A stretch of 24,737 bases of DNA from a virus (taxonomy: Duplodnaviria; Caudoviricetes). Position numbers and translations under genes: made by a program. Location of the stretch: positions 1 to 24,737 of IMG/VR virus record IMGVR_UViG_3300037419_000414, one strand, 5' to 3'. The notes below the pieces were generated by a model that saw only the letters and a program-made list of their open reading frames with translations, was not told the DNA's origin and did no database searches. Position 1 is the first letter of the stretch, and the number at the start of each line of letters is the position of its first letter. Of the stretch, positions 8,726 through 16,831 are shown piece by piece.

Positions 8726-10779
8726 TAGCGGAGGTTCCTGATATCGAATTGAAAGGGCTTGCCGTCCTTGGTGACAACATGGCCGCCGTCAGGGCCGAGA
8801 AGCCGATAGACGCCCGGGCTCACCGTCTGCAGCCGGTAGTGCGCGAGCTGCGAGATCTGGCTGTCAGAGAGCGGCGTCAGCTTGCCGTCGCTTCCCATGT
8901 AGTGCGGCTCGCCGCCGCCCGCCTTGACCCAATCCGCCTTGCCCGCGCGGCTCATCCGGGTTTGGAACTCGGCGCGGCCCATGTTCTGCGGGAGCCACAC
9001 GTAATGCCCTTCCCAATTGGCGAAGCCGCCCGTCGCGCTGCCCTGCCCCGCGCTCCCGAGCATCCCGCCGGCGCGCTGCATCGCCTGTTGGAAGGTTCCC
9101 GAAAGATCGTCGCCTGTCGGTTCGTGGTGCCCCCACTCGGCGGCGACGCCGGCGGTGATGTTCTGCGCCGCCCGCCAAAGCGCCGGCTGCATGTCGACCG
9201 GGATCGCTTCCGCGTAGGCCGCGAAGGCATCCTTCATCGCCTGTTGATCGGCTTGGCCGGTCTGCTGATCGGCCGTCGAGCCGAGATGGACGGTCTTTGC
9301 CTCGAGCGCCGCGGAGCCGCGCTTGTAGAGCTCGGCCACGCGCGGGTGCAGCCCGACCATGAGCTCGAGATCCTTGTTGCCCGGCGCGATCTGCTTGACG
9401 ATCTGCATTGCGATTGAGCCGCCGAAGGCGTTGCGGAGCGTCGTCGAAGCGTCGAGCTGCCCCGCCGGTCCCTGCTTGATCCGGTCAGTGAAGATCTTGG
9501 CTTCGTCGTTGGAGAGGTACGGCACATTGACCAGCCCCGAGCTCTGCGCGAACGCGCGCGCCCACGTCACTCGAGCTTGCACCTTGGCCGGATCGGGCTG
9601 TGTGAGATCGCCGAGCTCCGGCGCCGGATCGCCGGCGGCCGCGGCCGCTGCGAACGGATCCGAGTTGAAGCGCGCGATCGCCGGCCCCGCGAACTCCTGC
9701 AGGTTCTTCAGGCGCACTTGCTCGGCCGCAGTCGCCTTGCCGGCGGCGACCTTCGCTTGGAGCTCGTTGAGATCGTGGTGGAGCGTCGCCGGAGTCGCGG
9801 TGCGATACTGGCGATTGACGTCGTTCTGATCCTTGATCACGGCGAGATCCCACTCGTCGCCGCCGAGATCGAATTGCTTCGCCAGCGCCGCCCCCTGGGC
9901 GAGCTGATCGTCGGTCAGGACAACGCCGCTCGAGGCTTGCTTTTTGAGGAGCGAGATCTGTTGCGCGGCCGCGGCTTTCTCGCGGTCATATTGCTGCCGC
10001 TGTTCGGCGTCGCGCCGGCGGACTTCGACGTTGGCCGAGTTGCGGAGCGCGTCGATCTGCTTGGGATCGAGATATTGGTTGAAATCCGGGCTCTCGAGGA
10101 TCCCTTTCTTGCCGGTCTTTGCGTCGCCGATGAGCTCGGTTGGATCCTTGTCGATCTGCCCCTGTGCGTAGGAGTAAACGACTGCCGCCTGTTGCTCCTT
10201 GATCAGCGCGTGCTTCTGATCGTCGGAAAGGCCGGCAGTCGAGCCGATCGTGGCGGCGATCGAGGCGAGTTGGTTGGGGAGCGCGGTCAGCGTCGGATCG
10301 GCCGACTGCGATCGCGCGTAAGTGTCCGTCGCCTCCTTGACGTTGGTCGCAAGGTGATCGACGCGCGTCGCCGCTTCCCAGCCATATTCCCGTGTCGAAA
10401 TCTGATCCTTCAGCGCCGCCCAACGCTGCTGAAAGACTTGGCGGATATGCGGATCCTTGATCGCCCCGAGCGCTTGGTTCGAGCGCTCGTCGATCATCTG
10501 ATCGATCGATTGCGTGTGTCCGGCGCCGCCGGGACCGGCGCTCTCGCGCGCGTCGATCGCCGCCTTGTCGAGCTCCGTCGACGCTTGCGCCAGGGCGACG
10601 CCGGCGGCCGTCGCTTGCATATCGCGATCGAGCTCGCGCCGGCGGTGGATCTCCTGATCGAGCAGCTCGCCGCCATATTCGAGCGCGTTGGCGATCGGCT
10701 GTCCGATCCCGCCGGCGGGAGCTCCGGAAAAGTCAGAGCCGACAGAGGGGTTGAGCTGCGGCTGATAGGGACCGGCCAT
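8725..10779 (-). CDS. Internal virion/ejection protein (gp15-like position), 684 aa
   Basis: Ala/Gln-rich helical protein immediately after the gp14-like gene, with a TAATG overlap. Assigned from size and position. Confidence 0.7.
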   Translation of the reverse strand: MAGPYQPQLNPSVGSDFSGAPAGGIGQPIANALEYGGELLDQEIHRRRELDRDMQATAAGVALAQASTELDKAAIDARESAGPGGAGHTQSIDQMIDERSNQALGAIKDPHIRQVFQQRWAALKDQISTREYGWEAATRVDHLATNVKEATDTYARSQSADPTLTALPNQLASIAATIGSTAGLSDDQKHALIKEQQAAVVYSYAQGQIDKDPTELIGDAKTGKKGILESPDFNQYLDPKQIDALRNSANVEVRRRDAEQRQQYDREKAAAAQQISLLKKQASSGVVLTDDQLAQGAALAKQFDLGGDEWDLAVIKDQNDVNRQYRTATPATLHHDLNELQAKVAAGKATAAEQVRLKNLQEFAGPAIARFNSDPFAAAAAAGDPAPELGDLTQPDPAKVQARVTWARAFAQSSGLVNVPYLSNDEAKIFTDRIKQGPAGQLDASTTLRNAFGGSIAMQIVKQIAPGNKDLELMVGLHPRVAELYKRGSAALEAKTVHLGSTADQQTGQADQQAMKDAFAAYAEAIPVDMQPALWRAAQNITAGVAAEWGHHEPTGDDLSGTFQQAMQRAGGMLGSAGQGSATGGFANWEGHYVWLPQNMGRAEFQTRMSRAGKADWVKAGGGEPHYMGSDGKLTPLSDSQISQLAHYRLQTVSPGVYRLLGPDGGHVVTKDGKPFQFDIRNLR

Positions 10780-11222
10780 TAGAGCCCGCCCCCGCCCGAG
10801 CTCGCCGCCGACGTCCCGCCGCCGCTGTAACCGCTGGCAACGGTGCTCGCGATCGTCTCGACGCCGGAGAGGATCCCGCCGGCAAGCGCCGCGCGGCCCT
10901 CGGCATAGGCCATTGCGCCCTGTTGCTTGAAGCCGGCGGCCGCCATGTTCGCCCGCTGGCGCGAGACTGCGAGATCGAGCTCACGGTTGATCGCGCTCTG
11001 CCGCAGCGCGTCGAGCGCCGAGCCGGTTCCCATCTGGAAGCCCGAGCCGCCTTGCTCGACGAGTTGCTCGCCCATCGCCGCTCGGGCCGCAGCGCGGATC
11101 CGGTCGCGCTCGGCGAGGCCGGCGTTCTGCGCGTTCTGCGCGTTCACGTTCATCACTCGGCGGGTGTATTTCCCGGCGTCATAGGCCGAGATCCCGCCGG
11201 CGAACTGGCCGATCGCCTTCAT
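10779..11222 (-). CDS. Small internal virion/ejection protein (gp14-like)
   Basis: 147 aa, Gly/Ala/Gln-rich, with the QGGSGFQMGTGSALD motif typical of the first podovirus core protein. ATGA overlap with the upstream gene. Confidence 0.75.
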   Translation of the reverse strand: MKAIGQFAGGISAYDAGKYTRRVMNVNAQNAQNAGLAERDRIRAAARAAMGEQLVEQGGSGFQMGTGSALDALRQSAINRELDLAVSRQRANMAAAGFKQQGAMAYAEGRAALAGGILSGVETIASTVASGYSGGGTSAASSGGGGL

Positions 11223-11674
11223 CGGATCCTCTCAAACAAAATGTGGTCTTTGCTTTGCGGGCCGTAGCCACGGAGCACATGGACGGCGGTCAGCCCGACA
11301 AGGTTCGCCCAGGTGATTGCCCGCTCGTCGGAAGCGTCGACGATCGCCTCGAGGCGGGCAAAGCGGCTGTTGGCGAGCTGCTCGCGCGCAAAGCGCGTGA
11401 TCGGCAGATAGTCCTTGCCGAGATTGGCCGAGTGCGACGCCCACACAACCGCGTGCGTCCCGTTGCCGAACAGGTCGCGGAAGCCGGCGATCGAGATGAT
11501 CCTCGAGCCGCGGTGCGCGGTCCACGCGTCGCCGTTCTCGGCGAGATCCTCGCCTTCCTCGAGCGTGTAGGCGGGATGATAGAGGCCGAGCTCGTAATGC
11601 TGGCTCGGCTGCAGCTCGAGGAGCACCGCATCGCCGGCGAGCATCGGCCGAAACTCGAGCGGTTCGGCCGTCAT
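11219..11674 (-). CDS. GNAT-fold protein of the tail/core module (T7 gp13-like position), 151 aa
   Basis: True start is the ATG at 11674 (ATGA overlap with the nozzle stop). RLEAIVDASDERAITWANLVGL...VLRGYGP resembles the GNAT C-terminal motif. It sits between nozzle and core genes. Confidence 0.7.
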   Translation of the reverse strand: MTAEPLEFRPMLAGDAVLLELQPSQHYELGLYHPAYTLEEGEDLAENGDAWTAHRGSRIISIAGFRDLFGNGTHAVVWASHSANLGKDYLPITRFAREQLANSRFARLEAIVDASDERAITWANLVGLTAVHVLRGYGPQSKDHILFERIR

Positions 11675-13947
11675 TGCGACAGCTCCTCGAGCTCGTAAGT
11701 CGGCACTAGCAGCGTGACGATCGACGGGAGCGCATCGTCGCTCACCAGCTCGGGAGCGTCGGAATAGTCGGATCCGCCGCCGCCTACCGCCCTGTTGTCC
11801 GTGTCGCCGTTGAACAGCGGCGCCGGCGTGTTCATGTCGAGCGCGTTCGATCGATCGAACATGCGATCGGGCTCGCCCTTCCGGTTGAAGGCGACGAGCG
11901 AGGCGCTGTCGATCATGCGGGCGAACAGCCGCAGGAGCCGCTTCCGCAAGCCCTGTGCAGTCGGCGTTCCGCGCGCCTCGGCGCGGAGCAGCTTCAACCG
12001 CCCGGCATAGCCGAGCCCGATCGCGACCTTGCTCGCCGCCTTGGGGAGCGTGATCGCGCCGCCGGTTACGGTCAGGTTGTTGATCTCGGCGCCGTCGGCG
12101 AGGATCCGGACTCGCTTCCCCTCGAGATGCTCGAGCCCGGTCGTGAACGTCTGTTGCGGCGCGCCGGAGTAGCTGACGCCCCAATCGACAAAGAAGGCGT
12201 CGGCCATTTCGAGCCCGCCGTCCTCATCCCAAAAGTCGCCGAGCTTCAGGATCGCTTTGTTGCCGTCGAGCTCGGCGAGGATCCACAGATCGTCCGTCGA
12301 GCCGTCGTCGGAAGGGATCGCGACGCCGGCGAGCGCCGTCCCTTGCGCGAGCTCGATCCTCGAGAAGCCCTTAATCTGCTGTTCCGGGTTGTGCGGGTGC
12401 GCGATCAGCGTCCCGTCGTTGCGCCCCGCCCAAAGCATTTCCTCGGGTTCACCCTGCCAGGCGAACCAGTTGATCCCCGAACGGGTGATGTGGCGGGCAA
12501 AGACGTTCGTGTTGACGCCGACGAACCGGCCCTGATCGTAGGAGAAAGTCGCTTCGCGGATCTTGCGGCCGCCGCGCTGCAGGAACAGGACCGACGAGCC
12601 GATCGGGATCGGGAAGGTTGGCGACGAGCCATAGGCAGATTGCGGCTGCGCTTTGAGATTGTCGCTCGAGATCCCGGCGGCCGTGTTGATCTGGCCGACC
12701 ACGATCTCCTCGCTGTGCGTGCCGAGCAGGAGATATTCCTTGTCGGCATGGACCCACGTCGGCGGATCCGAGATCTCGAGCGATCGCCGGAACGCCATAT
12801 CGGCCGAAAAGTCGCCGTCCTCATTGACGGGCAGGAAATTGAAATAATCGCCGACAACCGAGCCGGCGATCTCCACGCCCTTGATGAAGATCAGGCGGCC
12901 GCCCCAAATGGTAACGAGCTGCGGATAGCCCTCGGCGTCGGAAAAGGCGGCGTGCGCCCAATGCCAGCTCGGCGTATCGAGGCCGGGGAACGCGCGGGTG
13001 ACTTTGAGCTCCGCTTCGAGTGAGCTCGTAATCGACTGGATTACGCCAATGCCGAAGCGGTCGTATTGATACTCCCACTTGACGCCGGAGTTTACGCCGT
13101 CGCTCTGGCCCATCGCTGCGGCCTTGGCGCCGTCCCATTCGGCCCCGGTCGTGTGCGTCGGCTCGACGGTGCCGGTGAACTTGGAGCCGCCGAGATCGAC
13201 GCACTTGTAAACCTTGCCGTCGGAACGGACGAGCGCGCCGACGTTGATGTAGGAGCTCGCGTCGTTGACGTAAGTTTTCATCGCCGGCTCCCACGCCGGG
13301 ATTTCCGAAAAGCCGACTACCTCGAAGATGAACGGAGCGCCGACGTGGCCGGGAACGAACAGGTCAAAGGTTGCTGTGACCGTCGCGATCCCGCCAACCG
13401 TGCCGTCGCCCGCCCAGGTGATCGTTTTCGCTTTGTCGGTATTCCAATCCTTAAACGGGCCGTCAGTGAGCGGGATCTTCTCATAGGTGAACGCCTCGGC
13501 GCCGGTGCGCGTGAGCATCGCCGGAGCGTAGCCGGCGGGCGCGCTCGCCGACGGGCCGCGCGCTAGGTACAGCCGGTCATAGCTCTGCTTGCTCGAGATC
13601 CCCGGAGCGTCGGCCGCGGTATAGGGAACCGCGACTTCGTAGGGCACGCCGGCGACGTCGATCCGCCCGCCGTTGGTGAAGAAGCGGACTGCCTTCTCGC
13701 CCCACTCGAGCACATAGGCTTGCGTCGAGTTGAACACGAACCGCGAGAGCCAGGTCGACGTGAGCGCCGCCGCGATGATGTAACGAAAGCCGGGCCGCTT
13801 CGTCGCCGGCCCTTCGACCGTCGACACGTAATTGAGCATCTTCGCGAGCGCGCGATCGTAAATGCCGTCGAGATCCGAGCGGCCTTCCATCCGGCGGCTG
13901 ATCTCGCCGCCGTTGAACGCATAGATCGGCGTCCGGACCCTCGCCAT
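11671..13947 (-). CDS. Tail nozzle / tail tubular protein B (T7 gp12-like), 758 aa
   Basis: Starts MARVRTPIYAFNGGEIS at 13947 (TAATG overlap). The FNGGE, GPATKRPG, GYP...GRL and FLQRGGRKIRE motifs are characteristic of podovirus nozzle beta-propellers. Confidence 0.9.
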   Translation of the reverse strand: MARVRTPIYAFNGGEISRRMEGRSDLDGIYDRALAKMLNYVSTVEGPATKRPGFRYIIAAALTSTWLSRFVFNSTQAYVLEWGEKAVRFFTNGGRIDVAGVPYEVAVPYTAADAPGISSKQSYDRLYLARGPSASAPAGYAPAMLTRTGAEAFTYEKIPLTDGPFKDWNTDKAKTITWAGDGTVGGIATVTATFDLFVPGHVGAPFIFEVVGFSEIPAWEPAMKTYVNDASSYINVGALVRSDGKVYKCVDLGGSKFTGTVEPTHTTGAEWDGAKAAAMGQSDGVNSGVKWEYQYDRFGIGVIQSITSSLEAELKVTRAFPGLDTPSWHWAHAAFSDAEGYPQLVTIWGGRLIFIKGVEIAGSVVGDYFNFLPVNEDGDFSADMAFRRSLEISDPPTWVHADKEYLLLGTHSEEIVVGQINTAAGISSDNLKAQPQSAYGSSPTFPIPIGSSVLFLQRGGRKIREATFSYDQGRFVGVNTNVFARHITRSGINWFAWQGEPEEMLWAGRNDGTLIAHPHNPEQQIKGFSRIELAQGTALAGVAIPSDDGSTDDLWILAELDGNKAILKLGDFWDEDGGLEMADAFFVDWGVSYSGAPQQTFTTGLEHLEGKRVRILADGAEINNLTVTGGAITLPKAASKVAIGLGYAGRLKLLRAEARGTPTAQGLRKRLLRLFARMIDSASLVAFNRKGEPDRMFDRSNALDMNTPAPLFNGDTDNRAVGGGGSDYSDAPELVSDDALPSIVTLLVPTYELEELSQ

Positions 13948-14609
13948 TACGTCCCCGGCGCGCGTTCGACGCCGCGACGCCGGGCGCGGATCCATTCGCC
14001 TTCGACTTGGGCTTGGCGCGGCTTGGTTCGCCGGTTGTTGCGCTTCGCCAGTTTGAGCGCCCGATCGGAGGCGAGCAGGACGCGATCCTTGCGCGCCTTG
14101 TCGGCGCCGAGCGTGTCGCTGATCTGCCACGCGAGGCGGAAGGCGAAGGCTTCGATGAACGCCGGCGACCAGCTCGTAGGATCGGCGATATCGGCGCCGT
14201 CGCGGACGTAGCGGACCGTGATCGGCCCAGCGACGTCGGCGAGGAGCTCTTGCCCGTTCGGGCCGCGCTCGATCGAATAGCGATCTTCCTCTTCCTCGAG
14301 GAAGCAGGGCTCGACGATCTCGACGAGCTCGACGAGATCCGCGGGCAGCGGAAACGCCTTGCGGCCGAGCGCGATCGGCCAATCCTCATCGTCGGCCCGC
14401 TGTGCAATGTCGACGGTGCGGAGAGCGAAGCTCCAATGTGCTTCGGCGAGGACGAACTGGCGGGTTGCTTCCCATGCGCGCTTGACGCTGCGCGCCGGCT
14501 TGCTGTCGTCGTCGGGCGCTTGGATCCGATCGTCCTCGCCCAAATGCCCGAGCGCGATGTTCGCGATCGGGACATAGGTCAGCTTCTCGACTTTACGATC
14601 GTCGGCCAC
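13947..14609 (-). CDS. Head-tail adaptor / tail tubular protein A (T7 gp11-like)
   Basis: Motifs IANIALGHLGE, EAHWSFA, FPLPAD and FIEAFAFRLA. About 220 aa, directly upstream of the nozzle. GTG start with a G8 tract upstream. Confidence 0.88.
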   Translation of the reverse strand: MADDRKVEKLTYVPIANIALGHLGEDDRIQAPDDDSKPARSVKRAWEATRQFVLAEAHWSFALRTVDIAQRADDEDWPIALGRKAFPLPADLVELVEIVEPCFLEEEEDRYSIERGPNGQELLADVAGPITVRYVRDGADIADPTSWSPAFIEAFAFRLAWQISDTLGADKARKDRVLLASDRALKLAKRNNRRTKPRQAQVEGEWIRARRRGVERAPGT

Positions 14610-14636
14610 GCTCGCATCCCCCCCCAGGAATGAGAA

Positions 14637-14721
14637 GCAAACCGGCCCACCTTCTTGATGGGAGAGAGGCTGCGGGCCGGCTTGCCCCTAGAGAGCCGCC
14701 GGCGGTTGGCGCGCCGGCGGC
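14637..14721 (-). terminator. Two intergenic hairpins after the cement gene (possible attenuator or terminator between head and tail genes)
   Basis: GCCGCCGGCG-7nt-CGCCGGCGGC (14695-14721), then GCAAGCCGGCCCGC...GTGGGCCGGTTTGC (14637-14685) followed by TTCTCATT. There is no strong U-tract. Confidence 0.45.
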
Positions 14722-14731
14722 CCTAACGCGA

Positions 14732-15166
14732 TCAGTTGAGCGTGTATTCCGTCTCGACGGCGATGATCGTCCCGTCGTTCGGGAGCGCCGCGACGCCGGT
14801 CGTGACAAACTGCGCTTCGTCGTCGGCGAGCTCGGCCGCAAGATGCGCGGCCTTGGTGTGCTCTACCGGCGTGTCGGCCGTGGTGTACGTCGCCGCGGCG
14901 GCATACTTGGCCGCGTCGGCGTCGGTCCCGATCTCGAGCGTCGTCGTGGCGAGCGTCCCGCTGACCGTAACCCGGTGCCTGACGCCGCGCGCGCCCGCCG
15001 GGATCCCGGCCAGGAGCAGCTTCGATCCGGCAGCGGCCGCGCCGCAGCCGTCGGCGTCGCAGACAAAGGTGTTGACCGAACGGCGAACCGGCGAGCTCAC
15101 CGCATTGCCCGGCGCCTTCGTCGTCGGCAGAGCCGAGCCCGGCGCTTCCTGCGAATTGTAATCCAT
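14732..15166 (-). CDS. Capsid cement/decoration protein (Bbp16-like position)
   Basis: 144 aa, beta-rich and Ala/Thr-rich (LLLAGIPAGAR...TLEIG...KY), directly after the capsid gene. GGGAG RBS. Confidence 0.7.
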   Translation of the reverse strand: MDYNSQEAPGSALPTTKAPGNAVSSPVRRSVNTFVCDADGCGAAAAGSKLLLAGIPAGARGVRHRVTVSGTLATTTLEIGTDADAAKYAAAATYTTADTPVEHTKAAHLAAELADDEAQFVTTGVAALPNDGTIIAVETEYTLN

Positions 15167-15182
15167 GCTTCAAAATCTCCCT

Positions 15183-15314
15183 GATCCGAAACCGTCGGAT
15201 CCTTCGCCGCGTTCGAGGGAGCGGAGCCCCTTGTTCCTGCAAGCGAGCCGCCCGGCCTTCGGGGAACCGGGCGGCTCACCGCCCCTAACGGTGAGCCCGG
15301 AGGCTCACCGCCCC
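15183..15314 (-). other. Cluster of three hairpins between the capsid and cement genes
   Basis: CGGTGAGCC-TCCG-GGCTCACCG (15289-15310); a 13-bp stem with one G-U pair at 15243-15279; GATCCGA-5nt-TCGGATC (15183-15201). Confidence 0.6.
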
Positions 15315-15324
15315 CTTGGCTTCG

Positions 15325-16260
15325 TTAGGCTTCGACGCACTCGATATAGCCGCACCGATTGTTGTCGGTGCGCGAGGCAACCTGCTGGCAGCGCGAATAG
15401 ACCTGCGCCGAAAAGTGCTGCGTCGGCAGCTTGTCGACCGACGTGAACAGCTCTTCCCAAGTCGCCATGACCATTCCATCGGCCGACCAGAACGGCAGCT
15501 TGCGATAGCCGGCGCCGGTCAGCGTCAGCCCCGCATTGTCGTACAGCGGATTGCCGAGCTCGATCTCGGTGATCTCGAAGCCGGCGATCGCGACGATATA
15601 CTTGCCGTCCTCGCTCCACTTCATCTTGATCGCGTCGGCGAAATCCCGGTTCGACGCCTTCGCGTCGAGCGAGAGCTCCTCGATCTGTTCCGACGTCAGG
15701 CCGAGATAGAGCGCCTGATCGAGATTGACGTAGTTGCGGGCGAGGATCCGGCGCGCGCGCCGCACCTTGGCGACGTTCATTCCGCACGCCGCGCCGGTGG
15801 TGCCGTCGGGCTGCAGCGTCGCCGGAACGACGTTGCCCGCCGGGAAGGCGTTGAGCACCGTTCCCTGCTTGCCGGTGATCATGTCGCCGTAGAAGCCGCC
15901 GATAAAGGCGTCGTCCTTGGCGCGCCGAACGGCGCCGGCGTGAGCCATCGTCTCACCGCCCTGCAGATCGACGGCGGTCAGGAGCTTGTCCTCCTGATCG
16001 ACGAGCGTCGCGAGATAGTCGGGATCGGGCTTCGCAACCCAGATGCCGTCCCATCCGGTCGTGTCGTGAACGACCGTACCGTTGCGCTCGGTCTTTTTCC
16101 GCATCTTGTGGTTGGAGATGAGGTTGTCGAGCTTGGTCTTTTCGGCGCCGGCGACGTCGCGCGCGATCGCCTTCGGCGCGAGCTTGGAGGTCTGCTCCTG
16201 CAGCTCCATTCGCATATTCGATTCAAACCGCGTCTGTGCGGTAAAAGTCACGTCACCCAT
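15325..16260 (-). CDS. Major capsid protein (HK97 fold, BPP-1/T7-like podovirus type)
   Basis: 311 aa after the scaffold. Motifs LQEQTSKL, LVDQEDKL, AVRRAKDDAFI and a C-terminal ASRTDNNRCGYIECVE are typical of this capsid family. GGGGGAG RBS. Confidence 0.9.
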   Translation of the reverse strand: MGDVTFTAQTRFESNMRMELQEQTSKLAPKAIARDVAGAEKTKLDNLISNHKMRKKTERNGTVVHDTTGWDGIWVAKPDPDYLATLVDQEDKLLTAVDLQGGETMAHAGAVRRAKDDAFIGGFYGDMITGKQGTVLNAFPAGNVVPATLQPDGTTGAACGMNVAKVRRARRILARNYVNLDQALYLGLTSEQIEELSLDAKASNRDFADAIKMKWSEDGKYIVAIAGFEITEIELGNPLYDNAGLTLTGAGYRKLPFWSADGMVMATWEELFTSVDKLPTQHFSAQVYSRCQQVASRTDNNRCGYIECVEA

Positions 16261-16490
16261 TGCGGGCTCCCCCGGTTCTGTGGTCCGAGGCTCGGAAGGG
16301 TGATTGAGCCGATCGGATCCGATGAAATGGAAAGCCGATCGGCTAGGCGGCCAAGGGCCGGTGCCTCTCTACCGTTTGCGGCACGGTTCGCCGGGTGATC
16401 CCCCCACCTGGGCCGGGTGCGGCGCCCCAATGTGCTCACCGTCGCGAGCGAGGCGGCCGCTAGGCCGGTTCGTTCCACCCCCCCAAGGAA
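16261..16490 (-). promoter_or_regulatory. Long structured 5' leader of the capsid gene (candidate cis-regulatory RNA)
   Basis: Non-coding gap in an otherwise tightly packed operon, with several complementary segments (see findings). Confidence 0.45.
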
Positions 16491-16525
16491 AGAACAGGGC
16501 CGACGATCTCGCGATCGCCGGCCCT
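16485..16525 (-). terminator. Putative intrinsic terminator after the Acb2-like gene
   Basis: AGGGCCGGCGATC-GCGA-GATCGTCGGCCCT: a 13-bp stem with one G-U pair and a GNRA loop, followed by GTTCTTTCCTT. Confidence 0.6.
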
Positions 16526-16531
16526 TGTCAA
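16526..16531 (-). promoter_or_regulatory. Perfect sigma70 -35 hexamer (TTGACA) upstream of the capsid leader
   Basis: TTGACA on the minus strand, preceded by an AT-rich stretch. The -10 position is non-consensus and falls inside the hairpin. Confidence 0.35.
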
Positions 16532-16554
16532 CGGCAAAAATGCAACAGGTGTTG

Positions 16555-16806
16555 CTATGCGGTTACGTGCTTCACCGCCCACATGACCGCTTCCTCGACT
16601 TTCGTCTTGGCGATCGAGAGCTCGCGCGAGTTACCGATCGCCACGATCTTGTCGTGCAGCGCGCCGCCGAGATCCTTGATCTCGCGCATGAGCGCTTTTT
16701 CCTCGTCGGTCAGGATGCGGTAAGCGTGCCGAACGGCGTCGGCCGCATTGTTGACCGTGCGATCGTCGCTCTCGCTGGCGACGTGCGTCGCCCCTTCGTT
16801 GTCCAT
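16555..16806 (-). CDS. acb2: Acb2/Tad1-family helical-hairpin cyclic-nucleotide sponge (putative anti-CBASS protein)
   Basis: YRILTDEEKALMREIKDLG resembles the Acb2 N-terminal YRxLSxEE...MNRVKELG motif. SRELSIAKTKVEEAVMWAVKHV resembles T4 Vs.4/Acb2 IAKTKLKEASMWA and the Tad1 SRE...VEEALMW motif (recalled from memory). Own RBS (AAGGA). Confidence 0.8.
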   Translation of the reverse strand: MDNEGATHVASESDDRTVNNAADAVRHAYRILTDEEKALMREIKDLGGALHDKIVAIGNSRELSIAKTKVEEAVMWAVKHVTA

Positions 16807-16831
16807 CGTTCCTTACTCCCTTCTGTGTGAG

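Noticed and set aside
11675-12184. N-terminal extension of the GNAT-like ORF to 321 aa
   Set aside because: It overlaps the nozzle gene. The ATGA overlap at 11671-11674 gives the real start.
13948-14382. N-terminal extension of the nozzle ORF to 903 aa
   Set aside because: It overlaps the adaptor gene in another frame. The TAATG junction and the FNGGE motif place the start at 13947.
15167-15327. T7 10A/10B-style frameshift or readthrough fusing capsid to the next gene
   Set aside because: No slippery heptamer near the capsid stop, and the cement gene is out of frame with its own RBS.
16248-16478. 76-aa ORF in the capsid leader
   Set aside because: No recognisable features, it overlaps the capsid start, and the region is better explained as structured RNA. 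Not fully excluded.
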